Shown here one piece after another: positions 50,968 through 64,000 of a DNA stretch of 64,000 nt. The notes under the pieces were generated by a model. That model made no database searches. It was not told the origin of the DNA and was given only the letters and a program-made list of their open reading frames with translations. The DNA comes from Eledone cirrhosa (Eukaryota): contig CAXHJY010001390.1 in NCBI GenBank assembly GCA_964016885.1, positions 62,001 through 126,000 on the forward strand. The letters are read 5' to 3'. The translations under genes were made by a program, and so were the position numbers. Every line of letters begins with the position of its first letter. Positions within the stretch are counted from its first letter, which is position 1.

Positions 50968-50968
<1 letters not shown>
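50626..50968 (+). mobile_element. Short HHR-bearing insertion (solo pLTR or retrozyme monomer, ~340 bp)
   Basis: Non-coding, flanked by (TA)n, contains a canonical HHR. Confidence 0.65.
50834..50884 (+). ncRNA. Type I hammerhead ribozyme with full stem III
   Basis: agattc CTGATGA tttc-taat-gaat GAAACAG-ttctagtc-CTGTA gaatct. Confidence 0.88.
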
Positions 50969-51059
<91 letters not shown>

Positions 51060-51098
51060 CATATATATACATATATATATATATATACATATATATAC

Positions 51099-51247
<149 letters not shown>

Positions 51248-51248
51248 C

Positions 51249-51309
<61 letters not shown>

Positions 51310-51326
51310 TATATATACATATATAC

Positions 51327-51415
<89 letters not shown>

Positions 51416-51438
51416 TACATATATACATATATATATAT

Positions 51439-51517
<79 letters not shown>

Positions 51518-51518
51518 C

Positions 51519-51604
<86 letters not shown>

Positions 51605-51873
51605 ATATTTGGGGAGGGTCATATTTGCGTAATATTGCCAGAATTAATAACAGAACACACTCACTGTTTGGTTGGTTTTCGCTTCTCGCTGTCTTTTATA
51701 TATATATATCTGCGATCTAACTTACTCGGTCCTCAATGTTGCCATTGACTGACCGGCGGTCAAAAATAAAATAATACAGATACAATATAGACAAACACAT
51801 ATATATATAGTTTACATAAATCTTTTGTTGCACATCTGCAACATCGTCAGTGGTGTTATATTCATTGTTCCTC

Positions 51874-52953
51874 CTGGAAAGCATCCAGCAGATAGCTAAT
51901 TCCATACACCAGAGTATAACTGTAACTATAGACTTCCCTTCCAAACACCCTAACAATAGACTACCTGTATTAGACACAGAACTCTGGATTAACACTATAG
52001 ACGAGAGAGCCCAAATTCTCCACTCACACTATGCTAAACCCATGGCCTCCAAATACCTGATACTCAAAAACTCAGCAATGTCCAGTAGTGCTAAGTTTAA
52101 TATTCTGATCGCAGATTTGGTACGAGTGATGAAGAATGTGTCCAGCATGTGCGACCCAACAGAAATGGAAGGACACATCCAACACTTCATCAACCGCATG
52201 CAGTTCTCTGGCTACAACCAAAGAGACAGAGTCAGAGTATACGAAGGAGCCATGGAAAAGTATAAGACCCTCATAGAACTGGACATGAAAGGAATTTGCC
52301 CACTATACAGGAGCAAATCATGGAATAGCTTAGATAGGGCTAGACATAAGATAGGGAAGGCCACATCATGGTACGACAACCAGAGATATCAGAGTGTCAT
52401 GTTTGTGGACGCCACCCCTGGAGGGAAATTAGCTAACCAGTGTAGAAAGGCCCTGAGAAAGACCCACTTAAAAATAAAGGTGGTAGAAAAGCCAGGAACC
52501 ACCATAAAATCCCTGATCAGCAAAACCTACCCTTTTAAGAAAACCCACTGTACCAATAGGAAATGTATCATATGTAAGGTGAACCCCCGGATAAACTGTA
52601 AAACTAGAAACGTAGTCTATAGCATAAGATGTACAGAGGGTACTTGTAGAAACACGACAACAACATACATAGGTGAGACAGCTCGTAGCATAGGTGAAAG
52701 GATAGACCAACACTGGGGGGAACTAAAAGGACGAAAAAACGGGTCAGTACTATACGAACATGCTAGACAACATCATGACGGTAACATAGACAACATAGAA
52801 ATTAGAATAATATCTAAACATAGGAATGACCCAGCAGATAGGCAAATCAGAGAGGCCAGTGAAATAGAAATTAGAAGACCAAAGCTAAACAGAAAGAATG
52901 AGTGGAACAACAACAACACCCAAACAAACAACACTGACCTAAGAGAAGTATAA
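51874..52953 (+). CDS. PLE RT C-terminus + GIY-YIG endonuclease (5'-truncated, open)
   Basis: [57 protein letters not shown]...PKLN. Confidence 0.85.
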   Translation: MESIQQIANSIHQSITVTIDFPSKHPNNRLPVLDTELWINTIDERAQILHSHYAKPMASKYLILKNSAMSSSAKFNILIADLVRVMKNVSSMCDPTEMEGHIQHFINRMQFSGYNQRDRVRVYEGAMEKYKTLIELDMKGICPLYRSKSWNSLDRARHKIGKATSWYDNQRYQSVMFVDATPGGKLANQCRKALRKTHLKIKVVEKPGTTIKSLISKTYPFKKTHCTNRKCIICKVNPRINCKTRNVVYSIRCTEGTCRNTTTTYIGETARSIGERIDQHWGELKGRKNGSVLYEHARQHHDGNIDNIEIRIISKHRNDPADRQIREASEIEIRRPKLNRKNEWNNNNTQTNNTDLREV

Positions 52954-53203
52954 ATAAATAAGTAAATTAAATTAAATAAAATAAGATAAATAAATACATA
53001 CACAAGCACATAAACACACACTAGTCACCCAGCAGACACAACACTATACACACTAGTCACACATCACACACGCAAACGCATGCGCAAAGAAGACAAAATA
53101 AAATAAGATAAACAAACAAGCAAACAAATAAATAAATATATAGACGGACTGAACAAAAAAAATGGCGTAGACATACAACACAACAGGAGGAACAATGAAT
53201 ATA

Positions 53204-53248
53204 ACACCACTGACGATGTTGCAGATGTGCAACGAAAGATTTATGTAA
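53204..53248 (+). ncRNA. Minimal hammerhead ribozyme (mutated mirror copy at ~51810-51856)
   Basis: CTGACGA t gttgca-gatg-tgcaac GAAAG-at-TTA; stem I weak. The inverted copy has GAAA>AAAA. Confidence 0.65.
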
Positions 53249-53518
53249 ACTATATATATATGTGTTTGTCTATATTGTATCTGTATTATTTTATTTTTGA
53301 CCGCCGGTCAGTCAATGGCAACATTGAGGACCGAGTAAGTTAGATCGCAGATATATATATATAAAAGACAGCGAGAAGCGAAAACCAACCAAACAGTGAG
53401 TGTGTTCTGTTATTAATTCTGGCAATATTACGCAAATATGACCCTCCCCAAATATAACAATATCTGTTTCGACACACGATTTCATATAAAAAACCTCGCA
53501 AAACTAATTCATCGCCGC

Positions 53519-55923
<2,405 letters not shown>

Positions 55924-58731
55924 GTACTGTTGACACATTCAAATTCAGTCTGTGACACACTGATAATACATATGAAGCAACTACAGACAGTAATATGTGT
56001 CACATATCGGCCGCCCGATGCCCCCATCATGAGTGTAAATTTGAGGATAGCCTAAGTAGGATAGAAGAGGTCCTTGACAAACTGGACCAGGGTCTCAACA
56101 TTCTACTGCTGGGAGACTTCAACCTATCAAAGGTCAAATGGCCTGAGGGCCAGGCCCTCCCTGGAATGACGTCAATAGAACAGAGACAGACGGAAACCCT
56201 GCTGGCCCTCACCCACAAGCTGTTCATGGAGCAAGCAATACTCCTCCCAACAAGGGGCGAAAATGTCCTGGACCTCTGTTTTACAAACAACGAAGTGCTC
56301 ATCCACAATGTAAAGGTGACACCAACAATTCTCTCGGATCATAACTTAGTAGAGCTAATGATATGTGGTCCAAGAGAACCAACAGAGACAAAACCACCAA
56401 GAAGCTCCAGGACGCTATCCAGCCTTAACTTATACAAGGCTAACTGGAAAAAGATTAAGAGAGAAATCCGGAAGCAAACATGGAGTGAAAACACCGCCAC
56501 ACAAGACACTAACACACAATTTCAACACTTCATGACAACGATACACACTATATGCAAAAAGTGTGTCCCGGAGAAAAAGGCAAACAGACACAAAAATCTT
56601 ATTCCCAGAGATAGGAAAATCCTTATGAGATGAGGAAGCAAACTCTCAAACCAGTTGAATAGTCAACAAAACAAAAACAAAAGGAATCCTGCTTGAAATG
56701 TGCATTATTTGGCACCGAGATTGCACTCAAGCTTTCCCATGAGAATGAGAGGGCAAAGAAAGAGAACAGGGCCATAGAAAACATTAAAACAATACTAAGG
56801 CCTTATTTAAGTTTGCAAAAGAAACTGCCTCAGTACACTGCAAGATTGGGCCACTCTTCCATACGGACGGTTCATTAACCGAAAACCCCCAAGAGATATG
56901 TGAAATACTGAACGAACAGTACAAAAGTGTGTTCACATGTCCACTGAGGCACATGCAAATAACGAAGCCAGGGGAGTTCTTTGATGCCACAACACTACAT
57001 GAAGAAATGGCAACCATCAACCACATAGACATAACGGAGGAGGATGGGGTGTACGCCATTGATGAAATTCGAACAGACTCGGCTGCTGGACCTGATGGAT
57101 TCCCAACAGTTCTCTTAAAAAATGTAAGCGGGCCTTAGCAACTCCACTGAATATGCTCTTCAGAAGCTCCTTGGCTAGCGGTGTACTACTCAGGGAGCTG
57201 AAAGAAGGCACAATATGCCCTATCATAAAGGAGGTAGCAGAGCGGAGGCCAAAAACTATAGGCCAGTCTCTCTGACGTCGCATATCAGTAAGGTCATGGA
57301 GCGAGTCGTCAGAAAGAAACTGATCACTTTCCTCGAGGAAAATGACCGCCTGACTAGCACGCAACATGGCTTCCGCCCAGGAAGAAGCTGCCTTACACAG
57401 CTGCTACATCACTACGACTGGGTACTGAGACAACTACTAGACAGCTCATATGTGGACGTGATATATCTTGACTTTGCGATGCCTTTGATAAGGTCGACCA
57501 CGGAATGATATGTCACAAACTACATGGACTCGGCATAACTGGAAAAGTAGGTGAGTGGCTGCATGACTTCCTAAAGGACAGAAGCCAGTCAGTCGCAGCA
57601 AATAGGGCCCTCTCAAAGGAAACACCAATAACAAGTGGGGTGCCCCAGGGGACAGTCCTGGGACCACTACTGTTTTTGGTGGTTCTCTCAGACATGCCCT
57701 CTGTAGTACATACAACAATATCCCTCACTAGCTATGCTGATGACACTAAGGTAGCACAGGCAATCAAAAACCCCGCTGACGCTGCCCTTTTACAGCAGGA
57801 TCTGGATGCCATATACAAATGGGCGGAAGAAAACAACATGCAGTTTAATGCTGGCAAATTCCAAGCCCTACAATACAAACCTCCAAACAAACCTGCAAAC
57901 ACAAATATAGTACAACACAACTACACAGGACCAGGAGGGACCGATATCCCCGTTTCAAAATCGATACGAGACCTGGGCATAGACAGGAGCGATGATGCAT
58001 CTTTTTCTTCACCCATCATGAAAGTGGCGACATGTGCAGACGACTCGCTGGCTGGACCTTGAGGACTTTCCGGACAAGAGATCGAGACACCATGTTGACA
58101 CTATGGAGGACATTTGTCCTAAGCCGCCTGGACTACTGCTCCCAGTTGTGGTCACCCCATAGTGTCAAACTAGCCACGGAGCTTGAGGCAATCCAGCGAA
58201 GCTACACCAAGAGGATTGCCACGATGAAGGAGACAAGCTACTGGGAGAGGCTAAAGGAACTGAACCTCTACTCCTTGGAACAAAGACGGGAGAGATACGC
58301 ATTGATCTACATGTGGAAAATCCTGGAGGGACTAGCACCAAACTTCGGCATTGGGAGCTGGACCAACTGTCGAACAGGACGTCACTGTGTGGTGCCAAAG
58401 GTCCCGTCTTCCACATCTAGAATAAGGAACAGGTATTGCAATAGCTTGGGATTCAAGGGCCCTCAACTCTTCAACAAGCTGCCGAGGGATCTGAGAGATC
58501 TGCATGACGTGGAGGTGGATGTCTTCAAGAAACATCTCGACACCTTGTTATCCAGGATCCCGGATGAGCCCACAGCAAGACACGAGGGAAACCTAAGGGC
58601 AGCAGCAACAAACTCCCTCTTACACCAGTGGCCAACCTATACAGGCTGGAGATAAAATGTGTAGCAAGAAGGGCGGTGCCCCAGCATGGCCTCAGCCAGA
58701 TGGCTGAAACAGGTAAAAGAGTAAAAGAGTA
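55924..58731 (+). mobile_element. 5'-truncated, decayed CR1/L2-group LINE family B
   Basis: APE and RT motifs ([33 protein letters not shown]) across several frameshifts; 3' end GGGCGGTGCCCCAGCATGGCC...GTAAAAGAGTAAAAGAGTA then (TA)n. Confidence 0.92.
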
Positions 58732-58852
58732 TATGTATATATATATATATATATACATATATATATACATGTACATATATATGCATATACATATATATAT
58801 ATATATATGTGTGTGTTCATATATATATATATATACATGCACATATATATGC

Positions 58853-58885
<33 letters not shown>

Positions 58886-58955
58886 AACAAGGTTTAGCAA
58901 ATAATGAAAAAGTTTCAAAATAAATTTTAAAAAATTGACTTTACCTACTATAGTT

Positions 58956-59055
58956 ACCTTTACCGATCGGTTTCGAATCCCCCCCCCCCCCCCCCCCAAA
59001 AAAAAACCGGAGACCATACGGCCTTCGTTGCAAAGAAAGATTCTCGTCAGAAGGT
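58956..59055 (-). ncRNA. Type I hammerhead ribozyme with large loop II
   Basis: Minus strand: acctt CTGACGA gaatc...gattc GAAACC-gatc-GGTA aaggt. Confidence 0.85.
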
Positions 59056-59454
59056 TCTTTTCATTCAAAGAATATAAAATTCCTGAATTTAAATTACAGA
59101 CTAGCGCTATCAAAACTGTTCCCGGGATGAGAGTGGATGATGTAGAAACAGGTTTATCAAGGGCCGAAGCAAAGATAGAGGCAGAAGGAGGTAGGTCAAA
59201 CCAGCCACAGCTGTCGCTAGCAGCAGTCAGAACGACCAAATTTGTTCTCAACATTAGAGGAGGTAGTAGTAATAGGATATGTGTTCCTTCCCGCACAAGG
59301 CGCTAAGGTACGCATGTATTGTCCAACCAAATGCCAGTGTGGTTCAATGGCGGGTTAATAAATTAACGAGCCAGAACAAATATAAACAAGGTTTAGCAAA
59401 TAATGAAAGAGTTTCAAAATAAATTTTAAAAAATTGACTTTACCTACTATAGTT

Positions 59455-59538
59455 ACCTTTACCGATCGGTTTCGAATCCCAAAAATAAAACGGAGACCAT
59501 ACGGCCTTCGTTGCAAAGAAAGATTCTCGTCAGAAGAT
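59455..59538 (-). ncRNA. Type I hammerhead ribozyme (second monomer)
   Basis: Same motif with one stem I change. Confidence 0.8.
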
Positions 59539-59810
59539 TCTTTTCAATACATGCGTACCTTAGCGCCTTGTGCGGGAAGGAACACATATCCTATTACTAC
59601 TACCTCCTCTAATGTTGAGAACAAATTTGGTCATTCTGACTGCTGCTAGCGATAGCTGTGGCTAGTTTGACCTACCTCCTTCTGCCTCTATCTTTGCTTC
59701 GGCCCTTGATAAACCTGTTTCTACATCATCCACTCTCATCCCGGGAACAGTTTTGATAGCGCTAGTCTGTAATTTAAATTCAGGAATTTTATATTCTTTG
59801 AATGAAAAGA

Positions 59811-59894
59811 ACCTTCTGACGAGAATCTTTCTTTGCAACGAAGGCCGTATGGTCTCCGTTTTATTTTTGGGATTTGAAACCGATCGGTAAAGGT
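59811..59894 (+). ncRNA. Type I hammerhead ribozyme (inverted arm)
   Basis: acctt CTGACGA gaatc...gattt GAAACC-gatc-GGTA aaggt. Confidence 0.85.
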
Positions 59895-60100
59895 AACTAT
59901 AGTAGGTAAAGTCAATTTTTTAAAATTTATTTTGAAACTTTTTCATTATTTGCTAAACCTTGTTTATATTTGTTCTGGCTCGTTAATTTATTAACCCGCC
60001 ATTGAACCACACTGGCATTTGGTTGGACAATACATGCGTACCTTAGCGCCTTGTGCGGGAAGGAACACATATCCTATTACTATATATATATATATATATA

Positions 60101-60710
60101 TTCTTTGTTTATTTTTTATATATGAATATTGATTGTTCCTTATATCTCATTCTGTTATTTTGCCCGAGAAAATATCTGTGTGTCATCTAATGTTGTACAC
60201 ACATAGATATTTTTTCAATTTCCAATTGAGTTCTTAGCACGTGGCCTGAATTCCTTTCAGAGTTCATTGTCAAGCGCATGTATTGTTTTTTTTGGCGGTA
60301 ATTCACTTCCTCATTGTTTGAATCAGTTCGAGCACTTCTTTCAGAACTGCTGGACTGGCTACCTGACAGATACCTCAGCCACAAAAAGTGATTATCGCTA
60401 AATGCTGATGTTGGTTAGATTATCAATATTAGTATTATTGGGGCACCCACTGATGAATTATAGGAGCCCACTTGAATATATATCTATTGATGGTATACAA
60501 GCTCCTACATAAATTGGTATAATTTGACCCAAATTGTAGGAGTCCTATAATGAAACGAGACGTCCGTCTGGGAAGAGATATATTAGATATGTCTCATTTG
60601 AAATAATACAGCCAATTTTCCACGCAATACTTTTAGTTAGCACCCCGAACACATGATTGGGAATATAATCACTTATTTCCTAATAAGCTTTCTCCGATAT
60701 TGTATTTATT
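60101..60710 (+). mobile_element. HHR-bearing non-coding insertion (~610 bp; solo pLTR or retrozyme monomer)
   Basis: Flanked by (TA)n; hairpin at ~60169-60214; canonical HHR. Confidence 0.65.
60446..60572 (+). ncRNA. Type I hammerhead ribozyme with branched stem II
   Basis: ccca CTGATGA attatagga...(ctcctaca/tgtaggag)...tcctataat GAAACG-agacgtc-CGTC tggg. Confidence 0.88.
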
Positions 60711-60711
60711 A

Positions 60712-60875
<164 letters not shown>

Positions 60876-60902
60876 CATATATATATATATATATATACAT
60901 GT

Positions 60903-60935
<33 letters not shown>

Positions 60936-60998
60936 CATATATATGCATATACATATATACATGTACATATATATGCATATACATATATACATATATAC

Positions 60999-61499
<501 letters not shown>

Positions 61500-61536
61500 T
61501 ATATATATATATATATATACATGTACATATATATGC

Positions 61537-61579
<43 letters not shown>

Positions 61580-61611
61580 CATATATATGCATATACATAT
61601 ATATATATATA

Positions 61612-62007
61612 GTATTAATTATACTATTTATGGTTATGCAAATACAAAAACCTTTTGTAGTTATATATATTTTTATAAACCCTAAATAGTGGTAGGCAGT
61701 AATATATTACTACCTTATTACCAGTAAGTTAAATAGCTCAATGTAATAACATCAGATGATTTACAGAGCAGTTATATGAATTATAAGAATCAAAGAACTG
61801 TTCAAAAACAATTTTATGCTTACAACTGTTTCCTCCAAACCGAGGTTTGGATTCTTCGGAGCAATTTATTATTGAATGAACACTTATATGACCTCCTTTT
61901 CACCCAAGAGACATACAGATACATATGCAAATATTGTGGGTCAACATTCATTACAGCATTTATTGTGGCAGTACACATTTAGAGATTACATTCATATTAA
62001 AAGATAC
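61612..62007 (-). mobile_element. Naiad family 2 3' stub (diverged copy)
   Basis: Homologous to ~27030-27449; CCGAAGA-type HHR at 61817-61863. Confidence 0.88.
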
Positions 62008-62340
62008 AGTAGGCACCTCTAACAAAATACACCCCCACCGCATCCACCCCACACCTTTCAATGTAAAGTTATGTTGGTACCACAATATCCAGTCCGAAAC
62101 AAATGAGGTTCGTGTAGGTGTCACGACAAAAAAACACACAGTCCACGCTGTAGGTAACACGGTAAAAACCTCCCAGTCCACACTGTAAACGTGGTTGATG
62201 TTAGGAAGTGCATCCAGCCGTGGAAAACCCGCCAGATAGTCCTATGCGAGCAAGACAACCACTCTTGCCTCAAGTTGGAAAACTCCCGTCCAAACCCATG
62301 CAAGCGTGGAAGATGGACGTTAAACGATGATGATGATGAT
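62008..62340 (+). mobile_element. RTE family 2 3' stub with (GAT)n tail
   Basis: Homologous to the reverse complement of 30606-30975. Confidence 0.88.
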
Positions 62341-62580
62341 ATATATCCATATACATATATATGTCTCCATCAGTTCTGTATGTATATATTCATATATATA
62401 TATACATAGACATATATATGCATATATATATATATACATATATATACATCAGTTCTGTATGAGCAAGACATGGCCACCTGACCTGGCATTGCTCACAACA
62501 GGACAACTGATCTAACCCATGCCAGTATGTAAACTTGGACATTAAACAGTAATGATGATCATTATATATATATATATATA

Positions 62581-62800
62581 GTAATTATAATAAATTTGAA
62601 GACTAAATTCCAAAGAGGGCTCGATAAGAATAAATATATATCAGATATATAAGAACCGTAGAGCAAATATTTATTAAAATAACAGATTAAAGTTTAAGCA
62701 AAGAATCGCTGCTCTCACCCTTAACGGGATCTTCTGAAACCTGTTAAGGGTGAAAGCAGCGATTCTTCGCTTAAACTTTAATCTGTTATTTTAATAAATA
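62581..62800 (-). repeat. Hairpin stub (~60-bp arms, 62667-62800) with ~85-nt extension; PLE-like fold-back geometry
   Basis: TATTTATTAAAATAACAGATTAAAG...CTTTAATCTGTTATTTTAATAAATA; flanked by (TA)n. Strand inferred from the extension. Confidence 0.6.
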
Positions 62801-62814
62801 TATATATATATATA

Positions 62815-62852
62815 TCATCACCATCATCATTTTACGTCCGCTTTTCCCTGCT

Positions 62853-62857
<5 letters not shown>
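62815..62857 (-). mobile_element. Very short RTE family 1-type 3' tail
   Basis: CATCATCATTTTACGTCCGCTTTTCCCTGCTTGCA matches 27579-27614. Confidence 0.75.
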
Positions 62858-62886
<29 letters not shown>

Positions 62887-63306
62887 TCAGAGAGAATGAA
62901 GCCATATATCACTTCTTATCACTTTCAGAGGATCTTTTAATGTAGATCTGTTTATACATAGAAAACAGAAGAGTTGCTTCGCTTATATCTATGTAACAGT
63001 GAGGTAACCTAACATCCTGCTTCTGTTGAGTTCTTCATAACTTAAATCTTAATCACAAGTGTGTGTCTGTAATATTAGGGCTTAAAACCTAACATCTAGT
63101 GTAAAACAGCAGAACTAGGATGTCACAGATTAACAAAAAAAAATATCTCAGCAATTCTCAGGAAATGTCTTTGACCAAGATTCATCATTATCGTTGTGAT
63201 TGTTATCATAACCAGTAATACACTGGGGTCAGTTTAATCAACTTTCTCCTCCTCCAAAATTCTTGACCCGGTGTCTCATTTAGAAATCGTTATTTCATGA
63301 CTAAAA

Positions 63307-63522
63307 AGGGCAGCCGATTGTTAAAATTGGTAGAACATCAGACATGCTTTATGGCATAGAGTTACGTCCCTTTACGTTCTGAGTTCAAATCCTGCTGAGG
63401 TTTGTTTAGCCTTTCATCCTTACAAGGTCAATAAAATAAAGTATCAGTAATAATCTGGGGTTGATTTAATTGACTTTACCCCCACCCAAAATTGCTGGCC
63501 TTGTGTATAAATCAGAAACTAT
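63307..63522 (+). mobile_element. Diverged tRNA-derived SINE, same family as 32700-32878
   Basis: AGTTACGTCCCTTTACGTTCTGAGTTCAAATCC...GCCTTTCATCCTTAC...CTGGCCTTGTG. Confidence 0.78.
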
Positions 63523-64000
63523 TATATCTTTGGATATATTTGATAAAAAGTTTGTTTATTAAGACTTCAACTTTGAATTCTGTCACTTAATCATTGTTTC
63601 CACCTCTTCGTGCTTCATCAGTACAAACTAACTATAGTAATATTAACTATAGGTAAGTTTTAATTACTATATATACTCAAATATAACCTGAGGAATGTGT
63701 GGCCAAAAACATTGATAAAATGGTGAGGGCGGTCGGCTTATATTTGCCATCAAAACAATGTGTTGATTAGCTGCCTCAATTTATAAATGGGGTTTTGATT
63801 TTTGTCCATTTCTCAGACATAAAATAGGGGTGGAGCTTGGATTATATTCGAGTATATACCGTATATTTTTTCTCTGTTATTACCAGTTATGTTTATAATT
63901 AATCTAATTTAATTGGATGCATTAACTATATTTGGGGGTACCATCATCATCATTATTATTTTACCTTCACTTTCCCTACTGTCATGAATTGAACAGATTT

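Larger units (their letters stand above)
58885..60081. mobile_element. Retrozyme-like array C (~483-nt monomer; ~1.3 copies minus joined to ~1.1 copies plus)
   Basis: Direct repeat at 58885/59383; inversion junction ~59545; direct repeat at 59545/60028; three HHRs; no credible coding. Confidence 0.82.

Noticed and set aside
58935-59649. 123-aa and 71-aa ORFs in array C starting MTLPT
   Set aside because: TTG starts, frame depends on a variable poly-C run, and the resemblance to MTLPKY is limited to four residues.
60404-60412. CTGATGT upstream of the real HHR
   Set aside because: Core mismatch and no partner GAAA with flanking stems.
63685-63730. CTGAGGA atgt...acat possible hammerhead
   Set aside because: Followed by TGATAAAA rather than GAAA-N-UH, and no convincing stem I.

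Overview
Eukaryotic, repeat-saturated window with no recognisable host gene. The SINE and RTE tails and the extreme (TA)n content suggest an invertebrate, possibly a cephalopod such as Octopus (inference). About 25 retroelement insertions sit in (TA)n microsatellite tracts. They comprise Penelope-like elements (PLEs; three Naiad-type families and at least three other GIY-YIG families), two CR1/L2-group LINE families (one apparently intact full-length copy), two RTE families and tRNA-derived SINEs. Reading both strands by eye gave about 26 type I hammerhead ribozyme (HHR) motifs in about 13 sequence families. Three of these families are non-coding tandem arrays (monomers of about 310, 483 and 520 nt) with retrozyme architecture, carrying the same TA-microhomology ends as the neighbouring PLEs and, in two cases, the same fold-back inversions. 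Other signals: a 27-codon peptide conserved at the 3' tail of two divergent PLEs, a candidate -1 frameshift linking LINE ORF1 and ORF2, and strand-polarised A>G blocks inside the (TA)n tracts. All poly-(YI) ORFs are microsatellite artefacts. Boundaries next to (TA)n are approximate, and no database search or folding computation was run.
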